Source: Cetorhinus maximus (Eukaryota). Taken from it: a stretch of DNA of 64,000 nucleotides. The stretch is taken from assembly GCF_964194155.1 (NCBI RefSeq), contig NC_135884.1, forward strand, positions 143,592,001-143,656,000, given 5' to 3'. The position numbers and the translations under genes are program-made. The notes beneath the pieces were generated by a model. That model was not told where the DNA came from and did no database searches. It saw nothing but the letters and a program-made list of their open reading frames with translations. Each line of letters opens with the position of its first letter. The stretch's first letter is position 1. This document shows, in pieces, positions 51,988 to 62,782 of this stretch.

Positions 51988-52077
51988 CACCATTGTGTGC
52001 CTGTTTGCGGACAGGTTTGACACTTGCCTATATATTAATAATAAAACTGTAATTTTACTTATTTATCTTGGAATTTA

Positions 52078-52790
52078 CTGTAGATTGTGGCGTAGAAGAT
52101 GACCTTTGAAGCCTCCAAAAACAAGGGTCAAATTATACGCAGAGCATGAAGTGTGAAGTACCAGTGTATGTGTAGGTGTTCGCCATTATGAAATGTGTAA
52201 ACAAACCACAACTCTGATGATTCAAATGAAATCAATGTCACAAGTTTTATTGGATTAATTAATTTTATAGGGATACCTTAAAAACAGACGTCGACTTATA
52301 CGCAAAGTATAAAATGTGAACTTGCAGTGTTGGTGTAAGTGATTGTCACTTTGAAAAGTGAAAAAAAGCCATAGCACCGATAATTCAAATGAAATCAATT
52401 TTATTGAATGAACTAATTCTACAAGGTTCCTTTAACAACAATCAAAACATTTCAAAAATTGTCAAATTCATTGTCTTTGGTCTCCGACGCAAAAAGTTCA
52501 TCAAATTCATTCTGAGTCACTTTAGCTAGAGCATCATTGTAAGGATTCCACTCTGAATCAGATTTGGCAATTTCAGTTTCCGAATCAGCCCTCCACAACA
52601 AATCATCTTCCTGTCCATCCATTGATTTGGATACTCCGCATTTTCTGAACAATCTGATTGACAATTTGTGCATTAATTGCATCCCATGATTTGCTGATGA
52701 AATCACACAAAACATCAAGCGGGTAATCATTTCAAAATTGCACAACGCTACCTCCATGTGCATAATGTCTATTAACAGATTAGTTCAATC
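52078..52790 (-). mobile_element. pogo/Tc2-type (Tc1-mariner superfamily) transposon remnant
   Basis: Minus-strand peptide FRKCGVSKSMDGQEDDLLW followed by an acidic tail resembles pogo-family transposase C-termini; the terminus CTGTAG..GGCGTAGAAGATGACC and subterminal GTCGACTTATACGC motifs resemble Tc2/Kanga-type ends. Confidence 0.65.
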
Positions 52791-52804
52791 TGGGTATGTA
52801 GTGA

Positions 52805-53064
52805 TAAAAACAAAAAACTACTGCGGATGCTGGAAATCCAAAACAAAACCAGAATTACCTGGAAAAACTCAGCAGGTCTGGCAGCATCGGTGGAGAAGAA
52901 AAGAGTTGACGTTTCGAGTCCTCACGACCCTTCAACAGAACTGAGTATAGTTAACTATACTCAGTTCTGTTGAAGGGTCGTGAGGACTCGAAACGTCAAC
53001 TCTTTTCTCCTCCACCGATGCTGCCAGACCTGCTGAGTTTTTCCAGGTAATTCTGGTTTTGTTT
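52805..53064. mobile_element. Near-perfect palindromic Penelope pLTR mini-element with two hammerhead motifs
   Basis: 52838-53067 is a spacerless palindrome (115-bp arms, one mismatch seen) centred at 52952/52953; 14-bp TSD TGGGTATGTAGTGA (52791-52804 / 53065-53078). Confidence 0.95.
52963..53001 (+). ncRNA. Minimal hammerhead-like motif with a variant CUGUUGA core (mirror copy at 52904-52942, minus strand)
   Basis: AGUU-CUGUUGA-A-GGGUC(GUGAG)GACUC-GAAAC-GUC-AACU. Confidence 0.65.
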
Positions 53065-53891
53065 TGGGTATGTAGTGAACAATCTTACTAAACTCAAACA
53101 ATTTATTCAAACTGTCATGCTAAAAAATAAACTTTACCTAGACCCAGCATGTTTGCCTATTCATTGTAATGGAATCTTCTGTACTGACATAAGTGTTTAA
53201 GTTGTCATATTCTATTTCCAATATTCTCACAACTGCTCTGAGTGTTCTCTGTTTATTAAGCATTAAACCTTACAGCACCACTGCTTGTGTGGTAGATTTC
53301 TCTGCTGAAGTATGTGTAAGATCTGGGGTTCACTACAACTGTTAGAATGAGTAGGGGAAGTTATCTAAAAGGAACCTGCAGCTCCAACTAGCTGCAGACT
53401 TCTTTGGGTACAAGCATGTTGTCACAAGTTTCACCGAATTTATGAAGTTAACTGCAATAAGTACAAAATGCAGTACTTAGCAAAGGCAGTAGATCAGTCA
53501 GTTCATACTGGAATACTGTCTCTCAGTTTCCAGTTGATTGTGGCACTGTCTCTTGTTCTGTTGACCAAAATCTATCATCATCTTTTCTTTTTGCTGCGCA
53601 CCTAACTACTGAAAGTTGTTGCTTATTAATCTTTGCTAGGCACTACCTCGATGAATGGTCAATAGTATCCCTTAGTTCTGATTGGCCCAAGCAGCACATG
53701 GTCAATCTCTGATTGGTAAGTGGTGCATGATCAATATCTGACATGGCATTCCTTGATATTGCAACATTGGTTCTTGCATGGTTGTTAAACTGCAAATTTT
53801 GATATCAAAATTATTTACTATGAATGCTGGATATCCATAGTACATTAGTACATTATCCATATGCTTTAGCTTGCAACACATAATAATATTT

Positions 53892-54035
53892 TTAAAAATT
53901 CATTCATGGGATGTGGGCGCCACTGTCTAGGCCAGCATTTATTCCCCATCCCTAATTGCCCTTTTCAGAGGGCATTTAAGAGTCTACCACATTGCTGTGG
54001 ATCTGGGGTCATATGTCAGCCAGACCAGGTAAGGT
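53892..54035 (-). mobile_element. 3' part of the tRNA-derived SINE with a LINE tail
   Basis: Minus strand AATGTGGTAGACTCTTAAATGCCCTCTG..GGGCAATTAGGGATGGG..GCCCACATCCCATGAATGAA. Confidence 0.8.
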
Positions 54036-54227
54036 CAGTATGACGGTGTTAATCCTATACCTTGGCTTGGTGTGGTATTCACTGCATTTCACACTATACA
54101 TCTAGGATGTCTATATGCTTTCTAATATATTTTATAGTTAAGTCGTTGTAAGACAAATTACCCTTCTCACAGAATGTATGCATTTGCCTCATAGAAATTT
54201 GGTCATTTTGTTGAGATAAGTGTTCAT

Positions 54228-55752
54228 GGAAAAGAAGCCAGGGAGGAAATAGCGGATGCCCTGAGGATCATTTTTCAGTCCTCACTAGATACAGGTGAGA
54301 CACCAACGGATTGGAGGTCTGCGAATGTTGTATCATTGTTTAAAAAGGGTACAAGAGATGGACCAAATAATTATAGGCTGGTCAGTCTGACTTCGGTGGT
54401 GGGCAAATTATTAGAAGCCATTCTGAGAGCCAGGATAAACTGTCACTTAGAAAGGCATGGATTAATCAAAGATAGTCAGCATGGTTTTGTTAGGGGAAAG
54501 TCGTGCCTTACTAACTTAATTGAATTTTTTGAGGAAGTAACAAGGAAGATTGATTAGGGTAGCATAGTGGATGTGGTCGACATGGATTTTAGTAAGGCAT
54601 TTGACAAGGTCCCACATGGCAGACTGGTCAGAAAAGTAAAAGCCCATGTGATACAGGGGAATGTGGTGAGTTGGATCCAAAATTGGCTCAGTGACAGGAA
54701 ACAAAGGGTAATGACCAATGGATGTTTTTGCAAATGGAAAGTGATTTACAGTGGCATTCCACAGGGCTCAGTGTTGGGTCTCTTGCCGTTTGTTGAATAT
54801 ATGAATGTTTTGGATTTAAATGTGGGAGGCATGATTGGGAAATTTGCAGATGACACAAAAATCGGCCTTGTAGTTGATAGTGAAGAGAATAACTGTGGAC
54901 TCCAGAATGATATCAATGGTTTGGTTGAGTGGGTGGAAAAATGGCAAATTGAATTCAATCGGAGAAGCTTGAGGTAATGCATTTTGGGAGGGCAAACAAA
55001 GCAAGGGAATACACAATAAACTGGAGGATATTGAGAGGAGTAGAGGAAGTGAGAGACCTTGGTGTGCATGTCCACAGGTCCCTGAATGTTGGCAGATCAG
55101 GTAGAGAAGGTGGTAAAGAAGGCATATGGAATGTTTTCCTTTATTGGATGAGGTATAGAACACAAAAGTAGGGATGGAATTCTGGAACTCTATAAAACGC
55201 TGGTTAGGCCACAGCTAAAGTTTTGCCTACAGTTCTGGTCACCACAGTACAGGAAGGACATAATTGCTCTGGAGAGAGTACGGAGTAGATTTACAAGAAT
55301 GTTGCCAGGGCTCAAAAATTGTCGCTATGAGGGAAGATTGGGTAGGCTGGGGCTGTTTTCCTTCGAACAGAGGAGGCTGAGGGGTGACCTGATTGAGGTG
55401 TGAAAAATTATGAGGGTCCTAGACAGAGTAGACAGCATAGACTTGTTTCCCCTGGCGCAGAGGTCAACTTCTGGGGGCACAGATTTAAGGTAATTGATAG
55501 AAGGATTAGAAGGGGATATTAGGAAAAACATTTTTCACCCAGAGGGTGGTGGGTGTCTGGAATTCATTGCCTGGGTTGGTAGTTGAGGTAGAAACCCTCA
55601 ACTCATTTAAAAGGTACCTGGACCTGCACCTGAAGTGTTGTAACCTGCATTCTACGGACTGGGTGCTGAAAGGCGGGATTAGGATGGGCGGCTAGTTTTT
55701 TCAGCCAGCACAGACACAGTGGGCTGCATAGCCTCTTTTCTGTGGTTCTATA
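54228..55752 (+). mobile_element. CR1 LINE 3' half with stops and frameshifts
   Basis: NYRLVSLTSVVGK, SQHGF, DFSKAFDKVPH, GIPQGSVLG and KFADDTK motifs. Confidence 0.92.
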
Positions 55753-56058
55753 GTTCCCATAATTGACTTCCCATATTTCTACTGGTTCTAAAACCTGAAC
55801 CATAATGATTGGTCTCTGAGAAACCCAGAACTTGTGCTTTTGGTTGCTGTATGCGTTGTTTTTAATATAAAATTCTATAGAAATTTGAAGTTACCTTTGC
55901 ACCTGATAATCAGAAAGGTCTTATTAGGGTCGGGGATGTATATACAATGCTATTTTATTCCTACTCTGGAGGAAATGTTTGATTGGTTGAAAAATGTTTA
56001 AATTAAGCATTTGTGGTGGTTCAAAAGTTAACTTCCCATATTTCTACTGGTTGCTAAT

Positions 56059-56193
56059 TTTTTTTTAGAACACAGAACAGTTTATTTTAAAGACAGTTTT
56101 GTATTTAGTCAAAGAGGCCAAAGCCCATCATCTGATTCTTCAGACTCTTCTTTCTTCTCCTCTTTCTTTTCTTCAACAGCAGCAGCACCTGTA
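56059..56193 (-). pseudogene. 5'-truncated processed pseudogene of an acidic ribosomal P protein (RPLP1 or RPLP2)
   Basis: Minus strand encodes TGAAAVEEKKEEKKEESEESDD-[5-nt deletion]-GFGLFD* (stop at 56105-56107), then a short 3' UTR with AATAAA and a poly(A) run; 6-bp flanking repeat GCTAAT (56053-56058 / 56194-56199). Confidence 0.88.
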
Positions 56194-56364
56194 GCTAATA
56201 GCGTATTCTTTGTAATTCAAGTTTGCAGTTCCTGATGTAATGTCTTGTATGAGAAATGCAAGAGTGTGATCTTGCTCAGCATATTACATCACATCCTACT
56301 TCAATAATGTGCCAAACCAGTGGGTGGAATTTTACAAGAGATAACTTTTTCTTATCTGAGATTA

Positions 56365-56530
56365 TATGACAATCGACATTGGACCATCATTAGGCTTTTA
56401 ATTCCGGATTTTCATTCGATTCAAATTTCACCATCTGCTGTAGTGGGATTTGAAGCAGGGTCCCCAGAGCATTACCCTAGGTCCCCGGATTACTAGTCCA
56501 GTGACAATACCACTATGCCACCACTCCCAG
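56365..56530 (-). mobile_element. tRNA-derived SINE 5' part
   Basis: Minus strand GGTGGCATAGTGGTATTGTCACTGGACTAGTAATCC...GCTTCAAATCCCACTACAGCAGATGGTGAAATTTGAA. Confidence 0.85.
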
Positions 56531-56566
56531 ATCCCCATTTATAGCATTTATCATTGAGCGCGGAGG

Positions 56567-56955
56567 CTAGCGCAGTTTGCCTTAGCAGTTAAATCGCTCA
56601 TAGAGGAATTTGACCCTCTTGTTGAGATTGTGACGATCCCCCTCAAACATCCGCTTGTCCACAAAGCAACGCTTCCTCTGGCATCGTACCCCCGCAGCGA
56701 GACAGGCCCGCGGATAAGGGAGCAAGGGTGCACGGTGAAATCACCCAGGATTCCTATGTTATCATATGTTCCGAACATTATTCTCTTCTCATTCCAGCAA
56801 TCCACAGATTTGGGTTTGGGAATGGTGTGCATCTGGATTAAATCTGTAACTCCAAAGGAAAACTGCCTGCGTGCACCGAGGATGGGCAGGCTCCGGCATA
56901 TCAATGAAACCATCGTAGATCACTCTTTCTTTCCCATGGGCGCCGCCATCTTGGT
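56567..56955 (-). pseudogene. MRPL51: Processed pseudogene of mitochondrial ribosomal protein L51
   Basis: Intronless [38 protein letters not shown]; after a frameshifting deletion (KGNELQ-equivalent segment missing) another frame reads [41 protein letters not shown] at 56913-56911, stop at 56569-56567. Confidence 0.93.
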
Positions 56956-58387
56956 TTACAAAAACCCATCAACTGTTTAATCATGTAATTACCATTGAAC
57001 CGTAACAGTGTAATTGCCAAAGCCTTAACAATGTAATTGCCATTAAACCAATATAATTAATAAGACATTGACAAGAAGTGCCAAGTTAGTACATTGCACT
57101 ACAGCCCCATTCCTTCGAAAGAATAGCACTGCTAATCAATGGTTTTCAAACATCCAAGGTGAATTAGAGTGTGCAATGATCCAGATATGTTCAGTGACTA
57201 ACATTTGGAGGGGAAAAAAGATACAATTTATGACAAACTGGATGTGCTGATTATGTTAATATGGCCAGTAAAGATCTATGCAGTGGTTCCCCACTGTTAT
57301 GTATGCCTTGAATTGTCTGAGCAGGAGTTCATAGTGGGGTTTTAAAAAAAGCCATTAATTGGTAGGGTAATCTGAAACCACAGACTAACCTTAGAACATT
57401 GTTGGCTCATTAAATGGAAAACTCCATTGAAATGAAAATATCCATTGAATTGTTCTGGATCAGAGCCATGTCACTTTCACTTTTTTTTTATATCTTGCGC
57501 AGATTTTAAAGCACATTTTTGTGACTCTGTGCCACATAAACCCAGATTGAACTGAACTGTTAATAAACATGATGCATGTGGAGGTAATGTTGAACAATTT
57601 TGGGATGATTCCCAAGGTACTGAAAAGTAATTTTTCCCCAACTTCATTTGCAGTGGGAAGAAGTGAGCTGAAAATTGAAAATAGGCAGTCACGCTGAACT
57701 TTTAGAAGACTGCATTTAAACTATAGCAAATCATTACTTTGAGTGTTGGCTAGATTTTGGGAGGAATTTTGTCCCATTTGCTATAAAATGACTGAAAAGA
57801 TATTTGGAAAGATTGTACAGCTGGCAAGTGACTAGTATAGAAATAAATAGCACTGAACCACATCTCATTTAGTATATAGTTTATAATAAACTTTAGGTGA
57901 ATCTGCATGTCTGGTATTATATTATCCCTTTGGGTATTTTATTTCCTTTGCAAATGGAAACCAATGTTGCAACATCAAGGAAACTGAAATCCTAAATTCA
58001 AAATGAACAGAATTAAAAATGGGAAATGTAGAGGTTTGCACTATTGTTCTGTCAGAAAAATTGTACTTGTAGGAGATAACAATACTCCCTAGTTTTGAAA
58101 TAAGTGACCAATGCCCACTGTTTTTCGAGAAAATTACTCTGTTAACTTGTATGATAACATTTTTAAATCAGGCACTAATGGCAAAGGTTACCTGACAGAT
58201 TGGTTGCCAGTTGGTAAGTTGCACTCTAAGGCCTTCATGTAAATCAGCACTTTGAGATTGTGCAGTCCCACACAAAGCATTATGAAATTGTTGCTTATTC
58301 AAGCAGAGATGTATGGAAGTATTGAAACTGTACTTTCCCCCACTCCCCCAAAACATATTTAAGCAATAACAATGTTTTTCTTGGTAG

Positions 58388-58494
58388 GCTATGAAACTGC
58401 GCGCTCTTTAGCTCTGCATGGAGCACATGTTGTCCTAGCCTGCAGAAATCGAGCTCGAGCCAGTGAGGCTACACAAAAGATACTGGAGGAATGG
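58388..58494 (+). CDS. WWOX: WWOX internal coding exon (equivalent to human exon 5; SDR domain)
   Basis: TTTTTCTTGGTAG acceptor, GTGAGT donor, 107 bp, phase 1 to phase 0; encodes (G)[35 protein letters not shown], closely matching WWOX [36 protein letters not shown]. Confidence 0.95.
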
Positions 58495-61400
58495 GTGAGT
58501 GCTTCCATGTCATGTGCAAACAAGACCTCTCTACACTTAATTAATTCATGCTCACCAATAAGCCTATTTAGTAAATTCTACTTTTTGGACCAAAGATCTT
58601 CAAATTACACACTGAGATTTGAAGATTTATCTTTCATAAAACCCAGCTGTTCAACAGAAAGGTTAGATTGTTAATAGCTTAATTCTGGGATATTTATAGT
58701 GATCATTCTCCTGACTATTTTTTCTTTCAAATACAAGGGATAATTCCATGATCTGTATTCCCAGTGGGGAAGCCATGCTCACCAGAAGCATTGGTTGCAG
58801 CTGGGGTTAGAACATTGTTGTATCGATTTTTCCCTCTTCCCCCTGCAATGGTAGCTCCCCACAGGGATTGCAGAATTACCACAGCTATTGAATAATCTCA
58901 TTAGGAAATTCCAAGACTGGGGCAAATGTAAAACCATATTCATTGAACAGTTAATGTAAAAAACTGAAATTGATAAGAAACATGCTATGTATAAAGTTTT
59001 ATTTTACATAAAATTTGGCATTTCTGGGATGATGTTTCAGTATGGCAAAATGTATCAAATGTCAGTTTCCCCTTTTTTATATTCAGCCAACTAAGACCCC
59101 CAGTTGCAAAACAAATGAGCTGCCTGGGCAGTGTGTTTTCACTGTTTGAAGCATTGGACTTCAGCAAGGTTTGAATATTATACCAGAAGTGTTGTGATTT
59201 GTTGTTTCTGAGAAATGGGTGTTATTTTGGACAAAATTACATGCACAGGTGACACTTTTCTAATGAATGACATCCTCAGCTAACAGGTAAAGGGAGAAAT
59301 TGTTGAAAATATGCTGATATTTCTCCTTTAAGAGCTTCTTTCCGTTCTGGAGGTTACAACAGCACAAAGCGTTACTGCATGTTGTCAGGGTGGCAGCATT
59401 ACAGCATCCCTGAGCTAGTTGGTTATAGGTTGTTCCTAAATAATACATTCTTAGCTAATTGGGACAACAAATGTAAACTCCAAAATCATATTGTTATTAT
59501 ACAATGGAGTGCTCTTGTCTGTTGCAATTTGCCAGCCAAAAGACTGACGATATGTGGGAAGAGACACTAATGGGACAATGCTCTAATATGACTTACATTC
59601 CTGCAGGATTGAGTTTTCCTTGGGGGAAATTTGTATGATACAGTTGCAATAAAAATAAAAATCACTGTGCAGCCACTTTTCTTTGCACTGCCTATTGCTG
59701 CAGTTTGTAAACATTTTTATTAGATTGCCAATTTAAAGGGAGCACTATTGTTTCTCAGGGAGACGTGACTACTGTGCATCTGGCTCTTTTGAACCAGGGA
59801 TCTGAGCACCTAAAGGCATTCAAATATGTTCTGTGATCACTCGCTTTGTGTCTACAATACAGTCAGTATTTTGCCGTTGGACAGAAAGAGACTATAAGTA
59901 GGAAAATGATCATGAAAGAGACCATAATATGGTAGCTCCATTTGAAAGTACATTGGGAGGTTCCTTGCAGAAGGAAAGAATTGAATGGTAACTACAGCTA
60001 CTTATTTCTGAATTCAAAATGAACTTGAGCTGAAGGGCTTTAAGTTGTGTTGCATGAAAGATTATTTTCTGCTTTTGCTTGCTCTCCCCATGTGTGAAAA
60101 GTTGACTAGTTTTAATTTTTTTTCTTCCTTCTTGGATCTGAAGCTCAGGGACTGGATATGTGAGGAATCTTATGCAAAACTTTATCTTGGCACTTCATGG
60201 TTCAAGGGGTTAGTACACCAATGCAACACAACGCATTAAGTTGCAATTATTTGGAAATAATAATTCTTACCTATTTTCCTGAGCCAGTCTCCACATGCTG
60301 CCAAGACCAAGTGTAGACATCTGCTCCCAGCACTGTCGGTATTCCTTGAGCTACCAGAGATACCCAAGAGTGTCAATGACAATTCCCTGCCTAATTTTAT
60401 CCCATTCACCCCTGAACTGGCGTGACTTTGATTGGAAATTCAGTGGAGTAAAGGGAGTAAATTGAACCAGCCTTTGATTGCAGCCCACCAATGCTGCCTT
60501 TTCAGTTGCAATTTCTGGTACTTAGTTACACTTTTAATGAAATTCCAAACATAAGTATGTGGGATTAATGTCATCTGTGTGAATTCACCCGGTACCTTGA
60601 AATAAAATCCAGAAAATACGCAGCATAATTAATTTCTGCTTTCAACCCAAGTTACTTGGGCCTGGAATTATTAACCTTTTCAATCAAGGCAGATTGTTTG
60701 TTACTTAGCTGTAATGCTCGAACGTTTATAAATCAATTAGGTTTGCATCAGTATAATTTAATTATAATTACAGAACTGTGTTTCAAGCAGAATAAACATA
60801 TTAACAATTGCTGATTTTCTTAGGAAACTGTACGTGTCCTGCACATACATGGTGGTGTTGATGCCCAACTACTAAGGGATATGAATTTAATGTTGATGTG
60901 TTAAGTTTTACTTATTTAATTGCAATGAAATTCCAATGGCTTTCATGACATATTACAATGTTACAATGTCAGAAATGTGGAGCAGGGAAAAGGCTCAAGT
61001 TCTGTTACACGGAGCAGTCTCCAGCTTACAATGTTCTGAATGACAAACACCTATTTTGGGAATAGTCTGAGAATATTGCAGTTGTGCCTCCTAGTAGCAT
61101 GTTTATTTCACTGTAGACACGATCGTCCCAGCATGGGACCGAAGTGCATCAGACGGACTTTTAAAAGGCAGGCGGTACCCAAATCCAGGATTCCAGCCCC
61201 TATTACCGGTGTCAGCAATGTTCAGTGGCGTAGGGTGAGGGGACGGGTTGTAGGCACACATGCTGATGCCCAAATTTTGCTGGCATCATTGTGGAAGTGG
61301 GCATTTGAGATCTTTCATAATTTTCATGGAATCGGCTTTGGAAGGTGACCTGATTCACACCAGCACAGAGATGGTGTGAACCATGGAGGAACCATGGTTT

Positions 61401-62126
61401 GGAGTTGGGAACTGTATTAAAGGGAAGTTAAAAAGGTGTTGCCAAATTCACATCATTATGAAATGCTGTATCATAAGTTATAAATGTTTTTAGTGCAGTG
61501 AGTAATGATAGGGCTTTGTTTTGAAAAGGTAAGTGACTATGAAATAATGTGTTTGCTACGTTGGCACTTCTGACATCTGGCAAGCTGTCGGGGCAATGAA
61601 CAGCATTGTGAAAGTGGAAAAAGTCTTCAATGGCATTAGAGTACATTATCCATTTGATAATGTGCTATTCCACATTGTACAATAGTGAAATTCAGAGATG
61701 ATATTGTGAAGGTGCCCAGAGTTTCTGTTCAGCTCAGCCATCTGTTTGGCTGTTTCAAATCCTTGACAGATGGCTGAACTTCTGGCTGTCTTCAAAGGAC
61801 AGCTTGTTGACACAGTTATTTGGTGGAATCTCATTATGAATGCTTGGCTTACTTCCAAACCCACTAATAGGATTCTGCGCAGCATGGATTGTTGACACAA
61901 CTGACAAGAGAAATGTGAGCCTGTTGATTAAGACACATTTATGAGCTGTTTAGAGGATTTTAGTTTTTAAAGAGGGTTTCAAGTAATGTTTGCTTATTTG
62001 ATAGATTTATGAACTTCTCAATTTCCAAATTTTATTATAGGGCTCATGAGTCCTGTTTATACTGGATACTGGCTAAGTGAATTGGGGGGCATGAGGGTTA
62101 GGGGGTCTCACATTCATCTCCAGAAT

Positions 62127-62295
62127 GGGGCTGATGTTTCAGCGAATGGAGGCGGGCCTTTTTTCCTGCCGCCTCGGCTTTTGCCTGACTCCCTCTCCGC
62201 AGCATTTGTGGGCACTGCTGGTTAGTAGGTGGGTTTGCAATGTCCGGAAATCACCCAACTCTCTATTACCGCTTCCCGGGGTGAAAATCTGGCCC
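62127..62295. mobile_element. Short Harbinger-like MITE
   Basis: GGGGCTGATGTTTC / GAAAATCTGGCCC termini, AAT on both sides. Confidence 0.55.
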
Positions 62296-62528
62296 AATGT
62301 GTTTACCTCTGCCTAAACATTTGCAATAGAGTTTTGCCTTTGAATCGCTTTTTTATTTATTAAAGATGAAAATAGATTATTGATGTCATTTTGTCATCAC
62401 AAATTTAATTACAGTATCAACTAAATCATTATCACCTCTATCTGTAAATAGTGTTTCTTGCAGCACACTTCATCATGGTGATATTGTGTTTGGAAAATGG
62501 ATTTTAGCTGATTTTAAAAGGGTAAGAT

Positions 62529-62770
62529 CACAGAATCATAAAACTGTTACAGTACAGAAAGAGGCAATTGGTCCATATTGTCTGCACTGTCTCTCCAAAT
62601 GAGCAATTCATCTCGTGTCATTCACCTGCCTTCTCTTCATAATCCTGCACAGAATCAGAGAATTGTTACAGTACAGAAGAAGGCTATTTGACCCATCATG
62701 TCTGTATCGGCTCTCTAAGCAATTCACTTAGTGCCATTCCCCTGCTTCTCCCTGTAACCCTGTACATTCT
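62529..62770. repeat. Two diverged tandem copies (about 120 bp) of a CR1-type 3' end on the minus strand
   Basis: CAGAATCA.A.AA.TGTTACAGTACAGAA..AGGC...CTG(C/T)AC occurs twice (62531 and 62650). Confidence 0.65.
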
Positions 62771-62782
62771 TTCTTTTCAGGT

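Noticed and set aside
51800-53070. CRISPR array, pre-miRNA or rho-independent terminators
   Set aside because: Eukaryotic context and no repeat-spacer periodicity; the hairpins are explained by inverted Penelope ends with TSDs.
1-58387. Other WWOX exons (exon 4 with TGANSGI, exon 6)
   Set aside because: No matching peptide seen in the ORF track or by eye; they probably lie outside the window, though a short exon could have been missed.
58372-58674. 100-aa ORF as a standalone short-chain dehydrogenase gene
   Set aside because: Only 58388-58494 resembles WWOX and it is bounded by AG and GT splice sites; the rest is intron read-through.
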